NCBI GenBank assembly: GCA_050303655.1
Contig: JBNLCE010000005.1
Span: 1 to 32,000 of the forward strand
Source: Patescibacteria group bacterium
GTDB lineage: Bacteria; Patescibacteriota; Patescibacteriia; 2-12-FULL-60-25
DNA length: 32,000 bases
Direction of reading: 5' to 3'
Below are positions 1-7,926 of this stretch, piece by piece. The stretch's first letter is position 1; each line of letters starts with the position of its first letter. The notes below the pieces were generated by a model. That model was not told where the DNA came from and searched no databases. It saw only the letters and a list, made by a program, of their open reading frames with translations. Both the position numbers and the translations under genes were made by a program.

Positions 1-2
1 TT

Positions 3-962
3 ATTGGCATCATCGCATCACTCTCGTCCTGCACCGCCGTGATTGCGGGGCTTGTGACGGCCGTGGCAAGTTCCGTCGCCAAAGAACAACAAGCGCTTAC
101 AAAGCTGGAACGATTCTCGTCGCACATCCTCTTCAACGTCGGACGCATCGTCGGATTCGTCGTGCTGGGAACCGCGATCGGATTTATCGGAAAAGGTATT
201 CAATTAAATCCAACAGCAAACGGGGTCTTTGTGCTCATCATCGCCGTCACCATGATTGTGATTGGCATCAATCTTCTTGACCTCTTTCCCACTCCGGTCA
301 TTGGTATGCCCAAATGGCTCGCGCATAAAGTGCACGACCTTGCGGAGTCAAAAGACCCAAAGGCGCCTGCGCTTCTCGGAGCCATGACCTTCTTTCTCCC
401 GTGCGGATTCACGCAGTCCATGCAGCTCTACGCACTTACACTGGACAACCCGTTTTCAGCAGGGCTGGTTATGGGTATCTTTGCGCTCGGCACTGCGCCC
501 GTCCTTCTTGGGATTGGCGGTATTACCGCATCAGCCGGAGGCAAGACCTTGAAAAGAATCACGCGCGCCGCAGGAGTAATCGTTCTCGTACTTGGAATCA
601 GCAATGCTACGAACGGAATGACGTTAATCGGCTTCAACCCTGCGAACGCCTTTGTGAAGCCCGAGCCCGCCGGCAAACTCAACGTGATTAATGGAAAGCA
701 ATACATCCAGATGGAAATTACGGAATACGGTCTCTATCAACCAAATACATTGACCGTGAAAGCCGGTGTTCCGGTTGAATGGTCCATTTTCGGTGCTGAA
801 TTTATGGGCTGCGCCAACACTCTTATTCTGCCGGCGTTTGGCGTTAATACATTCATCAAGCCCGGATCCAACACCGTGTCATTCACCCCCACAAAACCCG
901 GAAAATACACATTCAGTTGTTCCATGGGCATGGTTCGAGGCACAATGATCGTAACGTCGTAA
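3..962 (+). CDS. DsbD_2/TauE-like polytopic membrane protein with C-terminal cupredoxin-like domain (5' end off window)
   Basis: The frame is open from nt 3 (IGIIASLSSCTAVIAGL...), so the ATG at 39 is internal. There are several TM helices and an FFLPCGFTQSMQLYAL motif typical of metal-associated DsbD_2/TauE-like permeases. The C-terminal ~90 aa are beta-rich with KPGKYTFSCSMGMVRGTMIV (cupredoxin-like Cys/Met). The stop is 9 nt before copA. Confidence 0.7.
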   Translation: MGIIASLSSCTAVIAGLVTAVASSVAKEQQALTKLERFSSHILFNVGRIVGFVVLGTAIGFIGKGIQLNPTANGVFVLIIAVTMIVIGINLLDLFPTPVIGMPKWLAHKVHDLAESKDPKAPALLGAMTFFLPCGFTQSMQLYALTLDNPFSAGLVMGIFALGTAPVLLGIGGITASAGGKTLKRITRAAGVIVLVLGISNATNGMTLIGFNPANAFVKPEPAGKLNVINGKQYIQMEITEYGLYQPNTLTVKAGVPVEWSIFGAEFMGCANTLILPAFGVNTFIKPGSNTVSFTPTKPGKYTFSCSMGMVRGTMIVTS

Positions 963-971
963 CCACACAAT

Positions 972-3122
972 ATGAATAAACACGCATTCAAAATCGAGGG
1001 CATGCACTGCGCGTCGTGCGCGGTCCGTATCGAAGAAGCCCTGAAAGAGCTTCCGTCGGTCAAAGACGCGAGCGTAAACTACGCACTTGAGGAGGCGTTC
1101 GTGGAGTCGGACGGAACTCCGGACGAGCTCTATAACATCGTCAAAAAGGAGGGATACCGGGTGCAAACAGAGGATGCAGACCATAAAAAGTCCACGGCGC
1201 ACGAACACGGGAACACGGACAGTGCAAAAAAGAAGGCAATTATTGCCGCGGCACTCGCCCTTCCCGTATTTCTGATCGCCATGTTGCGGATTCCGATCCC
1301 CGGGATGATCGGCCCGCTTACACTTAAAGGCGTTATCGAGGGAGTATTAACGACCATTGTCGTCTTCGGACCGGGCATCGGCTTCCATGTCATGGCACTA
1401 CGTCAGCTTAAAAAAGGCTCCACAAACATGGACAGCCTCATCTCCATGGGAACGCTGGCCGCACTTCTGTTTAGCTGGTGGTCACTCTGGAAAGGCGGGC
1501 ATGTGTACTTCGAAACCGCGGCAATAATTACGGCGCTCATCCTGGTGGGTCGCTACTTCGAAGCGCTCAGTAAGGGACGCGCCGGCGAGGCGATCCAAAA
1601 GCTCTTGGAGCTTGGGGCAAAACAAGCGCACCTTATTCTTCCCGACGGCTCGACGCGCGACGTTGACGTTGACGAACTGAAACTCAATGACACGGTGCTG
1701 GTAAAACCGGGTGAAAAAATTCCACTCGATGGGATTATTTTGGAAGGAACATCCTCGGTAAATGAATCCATGCTGACCGGCGAGAGTATCCCCGTTCAAA
1801 AAACAAAAGAGGACGCAGTATACGGCGCAACCGTGAACCAAACCGGCGCGCTGACGATAAAAATCACCACATCGGCCGGCGATTCAGTACTCGCGAAGAT
1901 CGTTGAACTCGTCCGTAACGCACAAGCGGAAAAAGCCCCGATCCAAAAATTGGCGGATAAAATCTCAAGCGTGTTCGTGCCGATTGTGATTGGAACAGCC
2001 GTCGTCACCTTTGCCGCGTGGATGCTTACCGGCCATTCGGCGGAAACAGCGCTGATTACCGCTGTCGCCGTTCTCGTGATCGCCTGCCCCTGCGCGCTCG
2101 GCCTTGCCACGCCAACCGCAATCCTCGTGGGAACGGGCCGCGCCGCCAAAAAAGGTGTGTTCATCAAAACCGGCGAAGCACTGGAGCGTGTCAAAAAATT
2201 GGATATCGTCATGCTGGATAAAACCGGCACAATCACAAAAGGTGAGCCCGAAGTGACGGACGTGTATCCATCACAAGGAGGAAAAAAGGAACTTCTACGT
2301 CTTGCCGCTGCCGTTGAGATGTCATCCGAACACCCGCTTGCCAGCGCCATCGTTCGCGCCGCTAAAAAAGCAGGCGTTCAAATAGATTCTGCGAGGAGTG
2401 TGAAATCAAAAACCGGCTATGGAATCTCCGGATCATTGGACGGCACCGAGGTCCGCGTTGGTCGCGCCGCATACGTCTCTGAAAGCCGATTAGATGAAAA
2501 GGCCGAAAAAGAGATTAAGCAACTGGAAGGGCAGAGAAAAACCGTCATCCATGTTTCCAAAAACGGAGAATACATGGGAATGATCGCGATCGAAGATCCG
2601 ATTAAAGAAAAAGCTCAAGATGCGATTTCACAAATCCACGACCTTGGCATCCACACCGTAATGATCACGGGCGACAACGAGGCAACCGCCAAATCCATTG
2701 CAAAGCGTGTCGGGATCCCGGATGTGCACGCCAACGTGCTTCCAAAAGACAAACTCGACCTGGTAAAAGCCGCACAGGAACAAGGAAAGCGCGTGGCCTT
2801 TGTTGGAGATGGAATTAATGACGCGCCGGCGCTCACCCAAGCCGATCTTGGTATTGCCATGGGCACGGGAACGGACATTGCGATTGAATCCGGTCAGATT
2901 GTCCTCATGGGAGGCGAAACCTCACGCATTCCGGAAGCGATCCACATCTCACGCGCCACGTTCAAAACCATCCAGCAAAACTTGTTCTGGGCGTTCATCT
3001 ACAACGTGGTCGGCATTCCGCTTGCGGCGTTCGGACTCCTCAACCCTATGATTGCCGCGGGTGCCATGGCGTTCTCCTCCGTATCCGTGCTCCTCAACTC
3101 TCTACGGTTGAAGCGCGCGTAA
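972..3122 (+). CDS. copA: Copper-translocating P1B-type ATPase
   Basis: N-terminal HMA domain ([15 protein letters not shown]), CPC motif in a TM helix ([11 protein letters not shown]), DKTGTIT phosphorylation site, TGDN and [10 protein letters not shown] motifs. Confidence 0.95.
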   Translation: MNKHAFKIEGMHCASCAVRIEEALKELPSVKDASVNYALEEAFVESDGTPDELYNIVKKEGYRVQTEDADHKKSTAHEHGNTDSAKKKAIIAAALALPVFLIAMLRIPIPGMIGPLTLKGVIEGVLTTIVVFGPGIGFHVMALRQLKKGSTNMDSLISMGTLAALLFSWWSLWKGGHVYFETAAIITALILVGRYFEALSKGRAGEAIQKLLELGAKQAHLILPDGSTRDVDVDELKLNDTVLVKPGEKIPLDGIILEGTSSVNESMLTGESIPVQKTKEDAVYGATVNQTGALTIKITTSAGDSVLAKIVELVRNAQAEKAPIQKLADKISSVFVPIVIGTAVVTFAAWMLTGHSAETALITAVAVLVIACPCALGLATPTAILVGTGRAAKKGVFIKTGEALERVKKLDIVMLDKTGTITKGEPEVTDVYPSQGGKKELLRLAAAVEMSSEHPLASAIVRAAKKAGVQIDSARSVKSKTGYGISGSLDGTEVRVGRAAYVSESRLDEKAEKEIKQLEGQRKTVIHVSKNGEYMGMIAIEDPIKEKAQDAISQIHDLGIHTVMITGDNEATAKSIAKRVGIPDVHANVLPKDKLDLVKAAQEQGKRVAFVGDGINDAPALTQADLGIAMGTGTDIAIESGQIVLMGGETSRIPEAIHISRATFKTIQQNLFWAFIYNVVGIPLAAFGLLNPMIAAGAMAFSSVSVLLNSLRLKRA

Positions 3123-3128
3123 AGCAAA

Positions 3129-3617
3129 TTAAAGACGAATCTCAACGCTCTCCGGCAACGCGGCGCGGATCACTTCGAGATCCTGCTGTGAAATATCGTT
3201 CCCGGAAAGATCTAAAAGCTCGAGATTCTGCAAATTCCCAAGTTCATGCGGGATCCCGGTGAGTGTGTTGTTTGAAAAATTCAGCACACGCAAACGAGAC
3301 AACTGTCCAATCTCCGCCGGGATTCCGGTGAACCCGTTATGGCTCGCATTAAGTACCTCAAGCGTTGTGAGATGACGAATTTCAGCCGGAAGTGCGCCCG
3401 TCATCTTATTGTTGGAGATGTCGAGCTGCTTCACGTTCCGCGCATCAAGCACGGACTGCGGCAATGAGCTCAATCCTTGCCCGCTCAAATCCATAACACC
3501 GCCCCGAACTTCGGACGTTGCTTTTGGTACCACAGGACGAGAAGCATCAGGTGAGATCGTTGAACACCCCGCACCAAGAACTAAAAAGGTCGCCACAAGG
3601 GCAATATATTTCTTCAT
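3129..3617 (-). CDS. Leucine-rich-repeat lipoprotein
   Basis: Signal peptide with lipobox (LVLGAGC), followed by ~5 LRR units (LxxLxLSxNxLTGxIPxELGxL). Confidence 0.8.
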   Translation of the reverse strand: MKKYIALVATFLVLGAGCSTISPDASRPVVPKATSEVRGGVMDLSGQGLSSLPQSVLDARNVKQLDISNNKMTGALPAEIRHLTTLEVLNASHNGFTGIPAEIGQLSRLRVLNFSNNTLTGIPHELGNLQNLELLDLSGNDISQQDLEVIRAALPESVEIRL

Positions 3618-3674
3618 ACGCCAACCGTAGCCTAAATATGGAATTTTGACGAGGTTGTAATGAAAAAAACGATC

Positions 3675-4175
3675 TCACGCAAGGTAACTCCCTCCGGCGC
3701 GGACAAAGTGACACGTGTACCCTCCCGGATTCTTTTGGAGAAAATCCTGGTGATAGCCCTCGGCTTTTATGTAGCCCTTCAATGGCTCCACCATGGTCAC
3801 CACCGGCTTGTCCCAACGTCCGGATGCGTCCACAAGCTTAATGAACTCCTCCGCTTCCCTTTTCTCTTCCTCGTTCTGATAAAAAATCGCGGATCGATAC
3901 GAAGTTCCAACGTCGTTACCTTGTCGGTTCAAGGTCGTGGGATCGTGAATCTGAAAAAAGAAATCCAGCAGATTTCGAAACGAGGTCTCCGCCGGATCGT
4001 ACGTAATCTTAAGCGCCTCCGCGTCACCATGTCGGTTTTTATGGAATGGATGCTCGTCTTCCCCGCGTGCGTATCCCGCCTCGGTGTCGATCACGCCCGG
4101 CTGTTTGCGAAAAAGCTCTTCCATTCCCCAGAAGCACCCTCCCGCCAACACGGCTGTTTTTGTGTTGTGTGACAT
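3675..4175 (-). CDS. msrA: Peptide-methionine (S)-S-oxide reductase
   Basis: [11 protein letters not shown] active-site motif, and full-length similarity to MsrA by eye. Confidence 0.93.
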   Translation of the reverse strand: MSHNTKTAVLAGGCFWGMEELFRKQPGVIDTEAGYARGEDEHPFHKNRHGDAEALKITYDPAETSFRNLLDFFFQIHDPTTLNRQGNDVGTSYRSAIFYQNEEEKREAEEFIKLVDASGRWDKPVVTMVEPLKGYIKAEGYHQDFLQKNPGGYTCHFVRAGGSYLA

Positions 4176-4186
4176 ATAAAAAGATT

Positions 4187-4762
4187 TTATTCTCCTGCGA
4201 GTTTTAAAAACGCGTTCAAAACTTCGGGAACTTCGGTGTATCCCTCCGAATACCCCAAATGCCCCTTTCCATGAAGCACAGCGGTTTCCGCGCCAAGCCG
4301 TTTTTCGAACATCTCTTTATTCTCCAAACCCACAAAAGGATCGTTGTCGCTAAAAATAGCAGAGACACTTCCCGCGTTCCGCTTCACCTTCTCGTCATCA
4401 ATCGGGCGCGTCAGCCACGGTTCTGCGATCTTCTTTGACTCTTCATCTTCCAACGATTCAGGAATTAACGTGAACCATCCAACGACAGAGAGAACGCCTC
4501 CCACGTGAACATCGATCGATTCGAGATAACGCAGAATCGTTTGCACCCCAACACTGTGGCCGATGAAATAAGTTTCCTCATCTGGCGTTCCAACCACTTC
4601 CGCGAGTTTGGGCACCCATTTTTCAATCACCGGCACGCTCGCGTCCGGCATGGCGGGAACATGAACCTCGAATCCGCGTTTTTCCAACTCTGATTTGAGC
4701 CACGGGAACCAGGCTTCTTCGGGAAATCCCTCCCATCCATGGACGATAATCGCGCGTTTCAT
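4187..4762 (-). CDS. RBBP9/YdeN-family alpha/beta serine hydrolase
   Basis: ~190 aa. IIVHGW N-terminus, GHSVG nucleophile elbow, C-terminal GKGHL His motif. Confidence 0.8.
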   Translation of the reverse strand: MKRAIIVHGWEGFPEEAWFPWLKSELEKRGFEVHVPAMPDASVPVIEKWVPKLAEVVGTPDEETYFIGHSVGVQTILRYLESIDVHVGGVLSVVGWFTLIPESLEDEESKKIAEPWLTRPIDDEKVKRNAGSVSAIFSDNDPFVGLENKEMFEKRLGAETAVLHGKGHLGYSEGYTEVPEVLNAFLKLAGE

Positions 4763-4772
4763 GTGCCTACAT

Positions 4773-4798
4773 TAAATCAAAAACCCCCGGATGAACAG
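4773..4798. repeat. 26-bp exact repeat, copy 1 (TAAATCAAAAACCCCCGGATGAACAG)
   Basis: Identical to 5288-5313. It lies 11 nt upstream (minus sense) of the hydrolase start codon. Confidence 0.9.
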
Positions 4799-4805
4799 GA
4801 CTCGT

Positions 4806-5276
4806 TTAATTCAAATCTACCTCTTCCACAATCCAAGGCGTTGAAGAATCAATAGACTCAAATACCGCACCCGGCTCTCCCGGCTTAGCATCAGGATAAC
4901 TTTCAAATCGAGGATAATCCTCAATACGCAATCGACCGTCCGGTAACCATGAAATTCTAGGATTGAATGAACCAATAATATACAAAATACGATGGTCCAC
5001 ATCGTATACAGAAACTCCTGCTCCACCGCCCTGCCCGGTAACAAAAACGATAAAACGCTCGTTAGGAGACACATGTCTTTCAATCTCTGAACCGAGATGT
5101 GTGTTCTGAGCTACTTCATTTGAACCAGCATCCCGCAGTTCCGCTCCGGATCGGATCAAATCTTCCAGTTCAATGGGTACATCTTTTTCATATTCGTTAC
5201 CGAATAAAAAAACTGCCCCGACAACGACCGCGAATGAAGCGATGATGATTCCAAAATACGCAAACGAACTCTTCAT
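4806..5276 (-). CDS. Hypothetical N-terminally membrane-anchored protein
   Basis: Long ORF with one N-terminal TM helix (FAYFGIIIASFAVVVGAVFLF). No family recognised. Confidence 0.6.
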   Translation of the reverse strand: MKSSFAYFGIIIASFAVVVGAVFLFGNEYEKDVPIELEDLIRSGAELRDAGSNEVAQNTHLGSEIERHVSPNERFIVFVTGQGGGAGVSVYDVDHRILYIIGSFNPRISWLPDGRLRIEDYPRFESYPDAKPGEPGAVFESIDSSTPWIVEEVDLN

Positions 5277-5287
5277 ACTTCTAAGAC

Positions 5288-5313
5288 TAAATCAAAAACC
5301 CCCGGATGAACAG
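5288..5313. repeat. 26-bp exact repeat, copy 2
   Basis: Identical to 4773-4798. It lies 12 nt upstream (minus sense) of the start codon at 5276. Confidence 0.9.
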
Positions 5314-5326
5314 AGGTTTTATTGAG

Positions 5327-5680
5327 CTACATCGACTTTCCATCAAAGAACTTCGGCTTCACGTCACTCAAATCCACATCATCCAAACACCGAATATTCA
5401 CCGCCACCATATCTTTCCCCTCCCACACACTCGTGCAGAACGGCTTCACCCCGCACGTTGGGCAAAAGAGGTGATGGATCGTCTTTTTATTGAACAGATA
5501 ATCTTTGAGCAAATCCTCCCCCTCCACAATCTCAAACTCCTCCGCCGGGATGAATTTTAAGAGCATCCCGCTCTTCTCGCACATGGAGCAGTTACACGCC
5601 ATCGGTTCATCAAGATCCACGTTGGCTTTGAACTTTACGGCGCCGCAATGACACGACCCGCTTCGCATTTGTTTTGACAT
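5327..5680 (-). CDS. GFA/CENP-V family (glutathione-dependent formaldehyde-activating-like) zinc protein
   Basis: Cys clusters CHCGAVKF, CNCSMC and FCPTCG in the spacing typical of the GFA domain. Confidence 0.85.
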   Translation of the reverse strand: MSKQMRSGSCHCGAVKFKANVDLDEPMACNCSMCEKSGMLLKFIPAEEFEIVEGEDLLKDYLFNKKTIHHLFCPTCGVKPFCTSVWEGKDMVAVNIRCLDDVDLSDVKPKFFDGKSM

Positions 5681-5697
5681 AGCATTATTCGTAACAC

Positions 5698-5721
5698 AAA
5701 AGCCGCCTTGGGGCGACTTTT
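5698..5721 (-). terminator. Rho-independent terminator after tRNA-Trp
   Basis: Hairpin GCCGCC-TTGG-GGCGAC flanked by A/T runs. On the minus strand it is followed by TTTGTGTT. Confidence 0.6.
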
Positions 5722-5725
5722 GTTC

Positions 5726-5799
5726 TGGCAGGGGCGGTAGGAATCGAACCTACGACAAGGGTTTTGGAGACCCGCGTGATACCACTTCACCACGCCCCC
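5726..5799 (-). tRNA. tRNA-Trp (anticodon CCA), CCA end encoded
   Basis: The reverse complement folds as a 74-nt cloverleaf: acceptor GGGGGCG/CGCCCCT, D arm GTGA-AGTGGTA-TCAC, anticodon loop CTCCAAA, T arm GTAGG-TTCGATT-CCTAC, terminal GCCA. Confidence 0.9.
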
Positions 5800-5809
5800 A
5801 AGCGGGCAG

Positions 5810-5839
5810 AATGTAGCATAAAATATGCAAAATATTCAA
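5810..5839 (-). promoter_or_regulatory. Candidate promoter for tRNA-Trp
   Basis: Minus strand reads TTGAAT-18 nt-TACATT, ending ~10 nt before the tRNA 5' end. Confidence 0.35.
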
Positions 5840-5914
5840 GGAACCCCGCGAGCGTGTGACGACCAGCGCCAAAGATGGTAACCTTTTTCAAGAAAATTAG
5901 TCATTTTAATTGAT

Positions 5915-6409
5915 ATGACCCAAAAACACATCATTGCCGCTTTGGCCGTTCTCGTCTTTGTTCTCGGTGGAGGATACATCCTCTACGCCGGCCGGCCGGT
6001 CATGAAGCTCGACGCCACACAGTCTGAATCCGAATCCGATACACAGATGCAGGAAGCTGAAGATACGTCTGACGACTCCATGGAAGATGCCATGGAGAAC
6101 GAAGATGAAAACGAGGCTCCGACCGAGGAAACGACCCAAGCGTCAAATACGGACGCGCAACCTCAAGACTCAACACCGGGAACCTACACCCTCGCGGATG
6201 TTCAGACTCACAACAGCGTCGAGGATTGCTGGACGGTAATCGATGGAAACGTCTACGATCTCACAACATGGATCTCGCGCCACCCGGGTGGACCCGGCCA
6301 CATCCTTGAGCTCTGCGGAACAGATGGCACAAATGATTTTAACAATCAGCACGGTAAGTCGCGTAAGCCAGCCTCCATGCTCGCGCTTCTGAAAATCGGA
6401 TCCCTATGA
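5915..6409 (+). CDS. Membrane-anchored cytochrome b5-like heme-binding domain protein
   Basis: N-terminal TM helix and an acidic linker, then a C-terminal domain with HPGG...GTDGTNDF...H (cyt b5 axial His pair). Confidence 0.8.
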   Translation: MTQKHIIAALAVLVFVLGGGYILYAGRPVMKLDATQSESESDTQMQEAEDTSDDSMEDAMENEDENEAPTEETTQASNTDAQPQDSTPGTYTLADVQTHNSVEDCWTVIDGNVYDLTTWISRHPGGPGHILELCGTDGTNDFNNQHGKSRKPASMLALLKIGSL

Positions 6410-6804
6410 ACCTCGCGTCACGCATCGTCCTTCGCTGGTCATTCGCTCTCCTCTTCCTCTGGTTCGGCACCCAACAGCTCATGCATCCCGAAATGTGGGT
6501 CGTGTACCTCCCAACGTGGACCGGATACTTCCCCATGCCGGGTGAAATGCTCGTACAATTAAACGGGTGGACGGAGGTCATCCTCGCATTTCTCCTCGCA
6601 ATTGGCGTATTCACCCGCGCAATCTCCGCATTCCTCGCGCTTCACCTGGCGGGAATCGCAATCTCCGTAGGCGGTGCAATCGGAGTGCGAGATGGAGCCC
6701 TTGCCGCTGTCGGCGTATCGCTCGCTCTCGTAGAGCCGGACAATTGGACACTCGACGCAAAGCATAAAAAAAATTCCCAACAACATGACAAACACAACGC
6801 CTGA
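6406..6804 (+). CDS. DoxX-like small polytopic membrane protein
   Basis: Four hydrophobic helices, and an LRWSFALLFLWFGTQQL N-terminus resembling DoxX-type proteins. The ATGA start overlaps the stop of the upstream gene. Confidence 0.55.
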   Translation: MNLASRIVLRWSFALLFLWFGTQQLMHPEMWVVYLPTWTGYFPMPGEMLVQLNGWTEVILAFLLAIGVFTRAISAFLALHLAGIAISVGGAIGVRDGALAAVGVSLALVEPDNWTLDAKHKKNSQQHDKHNA

Positions 6805-7138
6805 AGAGATGGTCAACGAAGCAAAAGCCTCGGTTCCATCAATCACCACCGAAGAATACCGTGCCATGCGGGATGCAGGAGAGGATCACATCCTCCTCGA
6901 TGTCCGTGAGAAAGATGAATATGACGCCGGGCACATTGAAGGTTCACTCCATATTCCACGCGGACTCGTGGAGCTCAAAATCGAAGAGCATGTGCCAAAC
7001 AAGAATACGAACATTGTCGTTCACTGCGCCAGCGGAGGACGCTCGGCTCTGTGCACGCAAACACTCATGAAGCTCGGGTATACAAATGTGAAGAATCTCG
7101 AAGGAGGATACAAAAAATGGGCCGCGGAAAACGCATAA
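6785..7138 (+). CDS. Single-domain rhodanese (sulfurtransferase)
   Basis: Active-site loop HCASGGRS and the EGGYKKW tail. The ATG at 6785 overlaps the previous gene by 20 nt; an alternative ATG at 6809 avoids the overlap. Confidence 0.9.
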   Translation: MTNTTPEEMVNEAKASVPSITTEEYRAMRDAGEDHILLDVREKDEYDAGHIEGSLHIPRGLVELKIEEHVPNKNTNIVVHCASGGRSALCTQTLMKLGYTNVKNLEGGYKKWAAENA

Positions 7139-7148
7139 GCCTCCACCA

Positions 7149-7175
7149 AAAAAGACCCATAAAGGGTCTTTTTGC
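7149..7175 (+). terminator. Rho-independent terminator
   Basis: AGACCC-ATAAA-GGGTCT followed by TTTTT. Confidence 0.8.
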
Positions 7176-7350
7176 ATTCTCAAATCCCGTCGAATAATCA
7201 CGACCGGATCTCAGAATGAGGAGAGATAGAATTTTAGGTTCTCTCCGTTCTCATCCTTCTTTCCAATTTGTGGAAAAAGAATGAGCGAGACAAAAGCGAC
7301 ATTTCATTTTGAAACATCGATCTGTTAAGACAACATTTTGTAAGCATGAG

Positions 7351-7866
7351 TTAAGCAAAGCGCGACGCAGCGCATACAACCTGAAAGTCCATCGGTGAGT
7401 CGCTGCCGGGTGTCTTGCAGAAAAACGCGCCCACATCTTCGAGAAGCTCAAACTTTTGAGCGGGAGTAAGTCGCAGGCTCTGCAAAAACCTCTCTGTCTT
7501 CCGCCACTCGCCACGCCCCCAGGAAAAACCCAGGGCAAAGAATGCGAGTGAGACGGGGTCGTTCGACTTCTTCACGTAGTACTGTTGCGGTCGTAGTCGG
7601 GTGGAGGAATCGAATATCTTCACTTTGCGTTTGGAAGCCCTCACGAGCCCCTGTGCAAAGTCAGCAACGGATCCGTCTTCCGGGAGCTGAATGCCGGTCG
7701 CCTTCCGAATCTCCCCTGTCAGAGAGAGGAAAGACGTGCGACCTCGGTGGTGTCGATGGCGTTTCCGGGGACGGTCATATAGCTCGATGAATCCCGAGTT
7801 TTGTGGATGTTTTGTGATGATAACAAACACGTTTCTTGCCTTTCTCAATGTACACGCCGGGACCAT
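7351..7866 (-). CDS. Hypothetical protein (orphan)
   Basis: It is the only long ORF in a 0.73-kb gap. There is no SD at the ATG and no recognisable motif, so the coding status is uncertain. Confidence 0.4.
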   Translation of the reverse strand: MVPACTLRKARNVFVIITKHPQNSGFIELYDRPRKRHRHHRGRTSFLSLTGEIRKATGIQLPEDGSVADFAQGLVRASKRKVKIFDSSTRLRPQQYYVKKSNDPVSLAFFALGFSWGRGEWRKTERFLQSLRLTPAQKFELLEDVGAFFCKTPGSDSPMDFQVVCAASRFA

Positions 7867-7926
7867 CCCGACTGCAGCTTTGTATCAAAAATTGACGCTT
7901 TAGTCAAGTATTCGAGACAAAATTAT

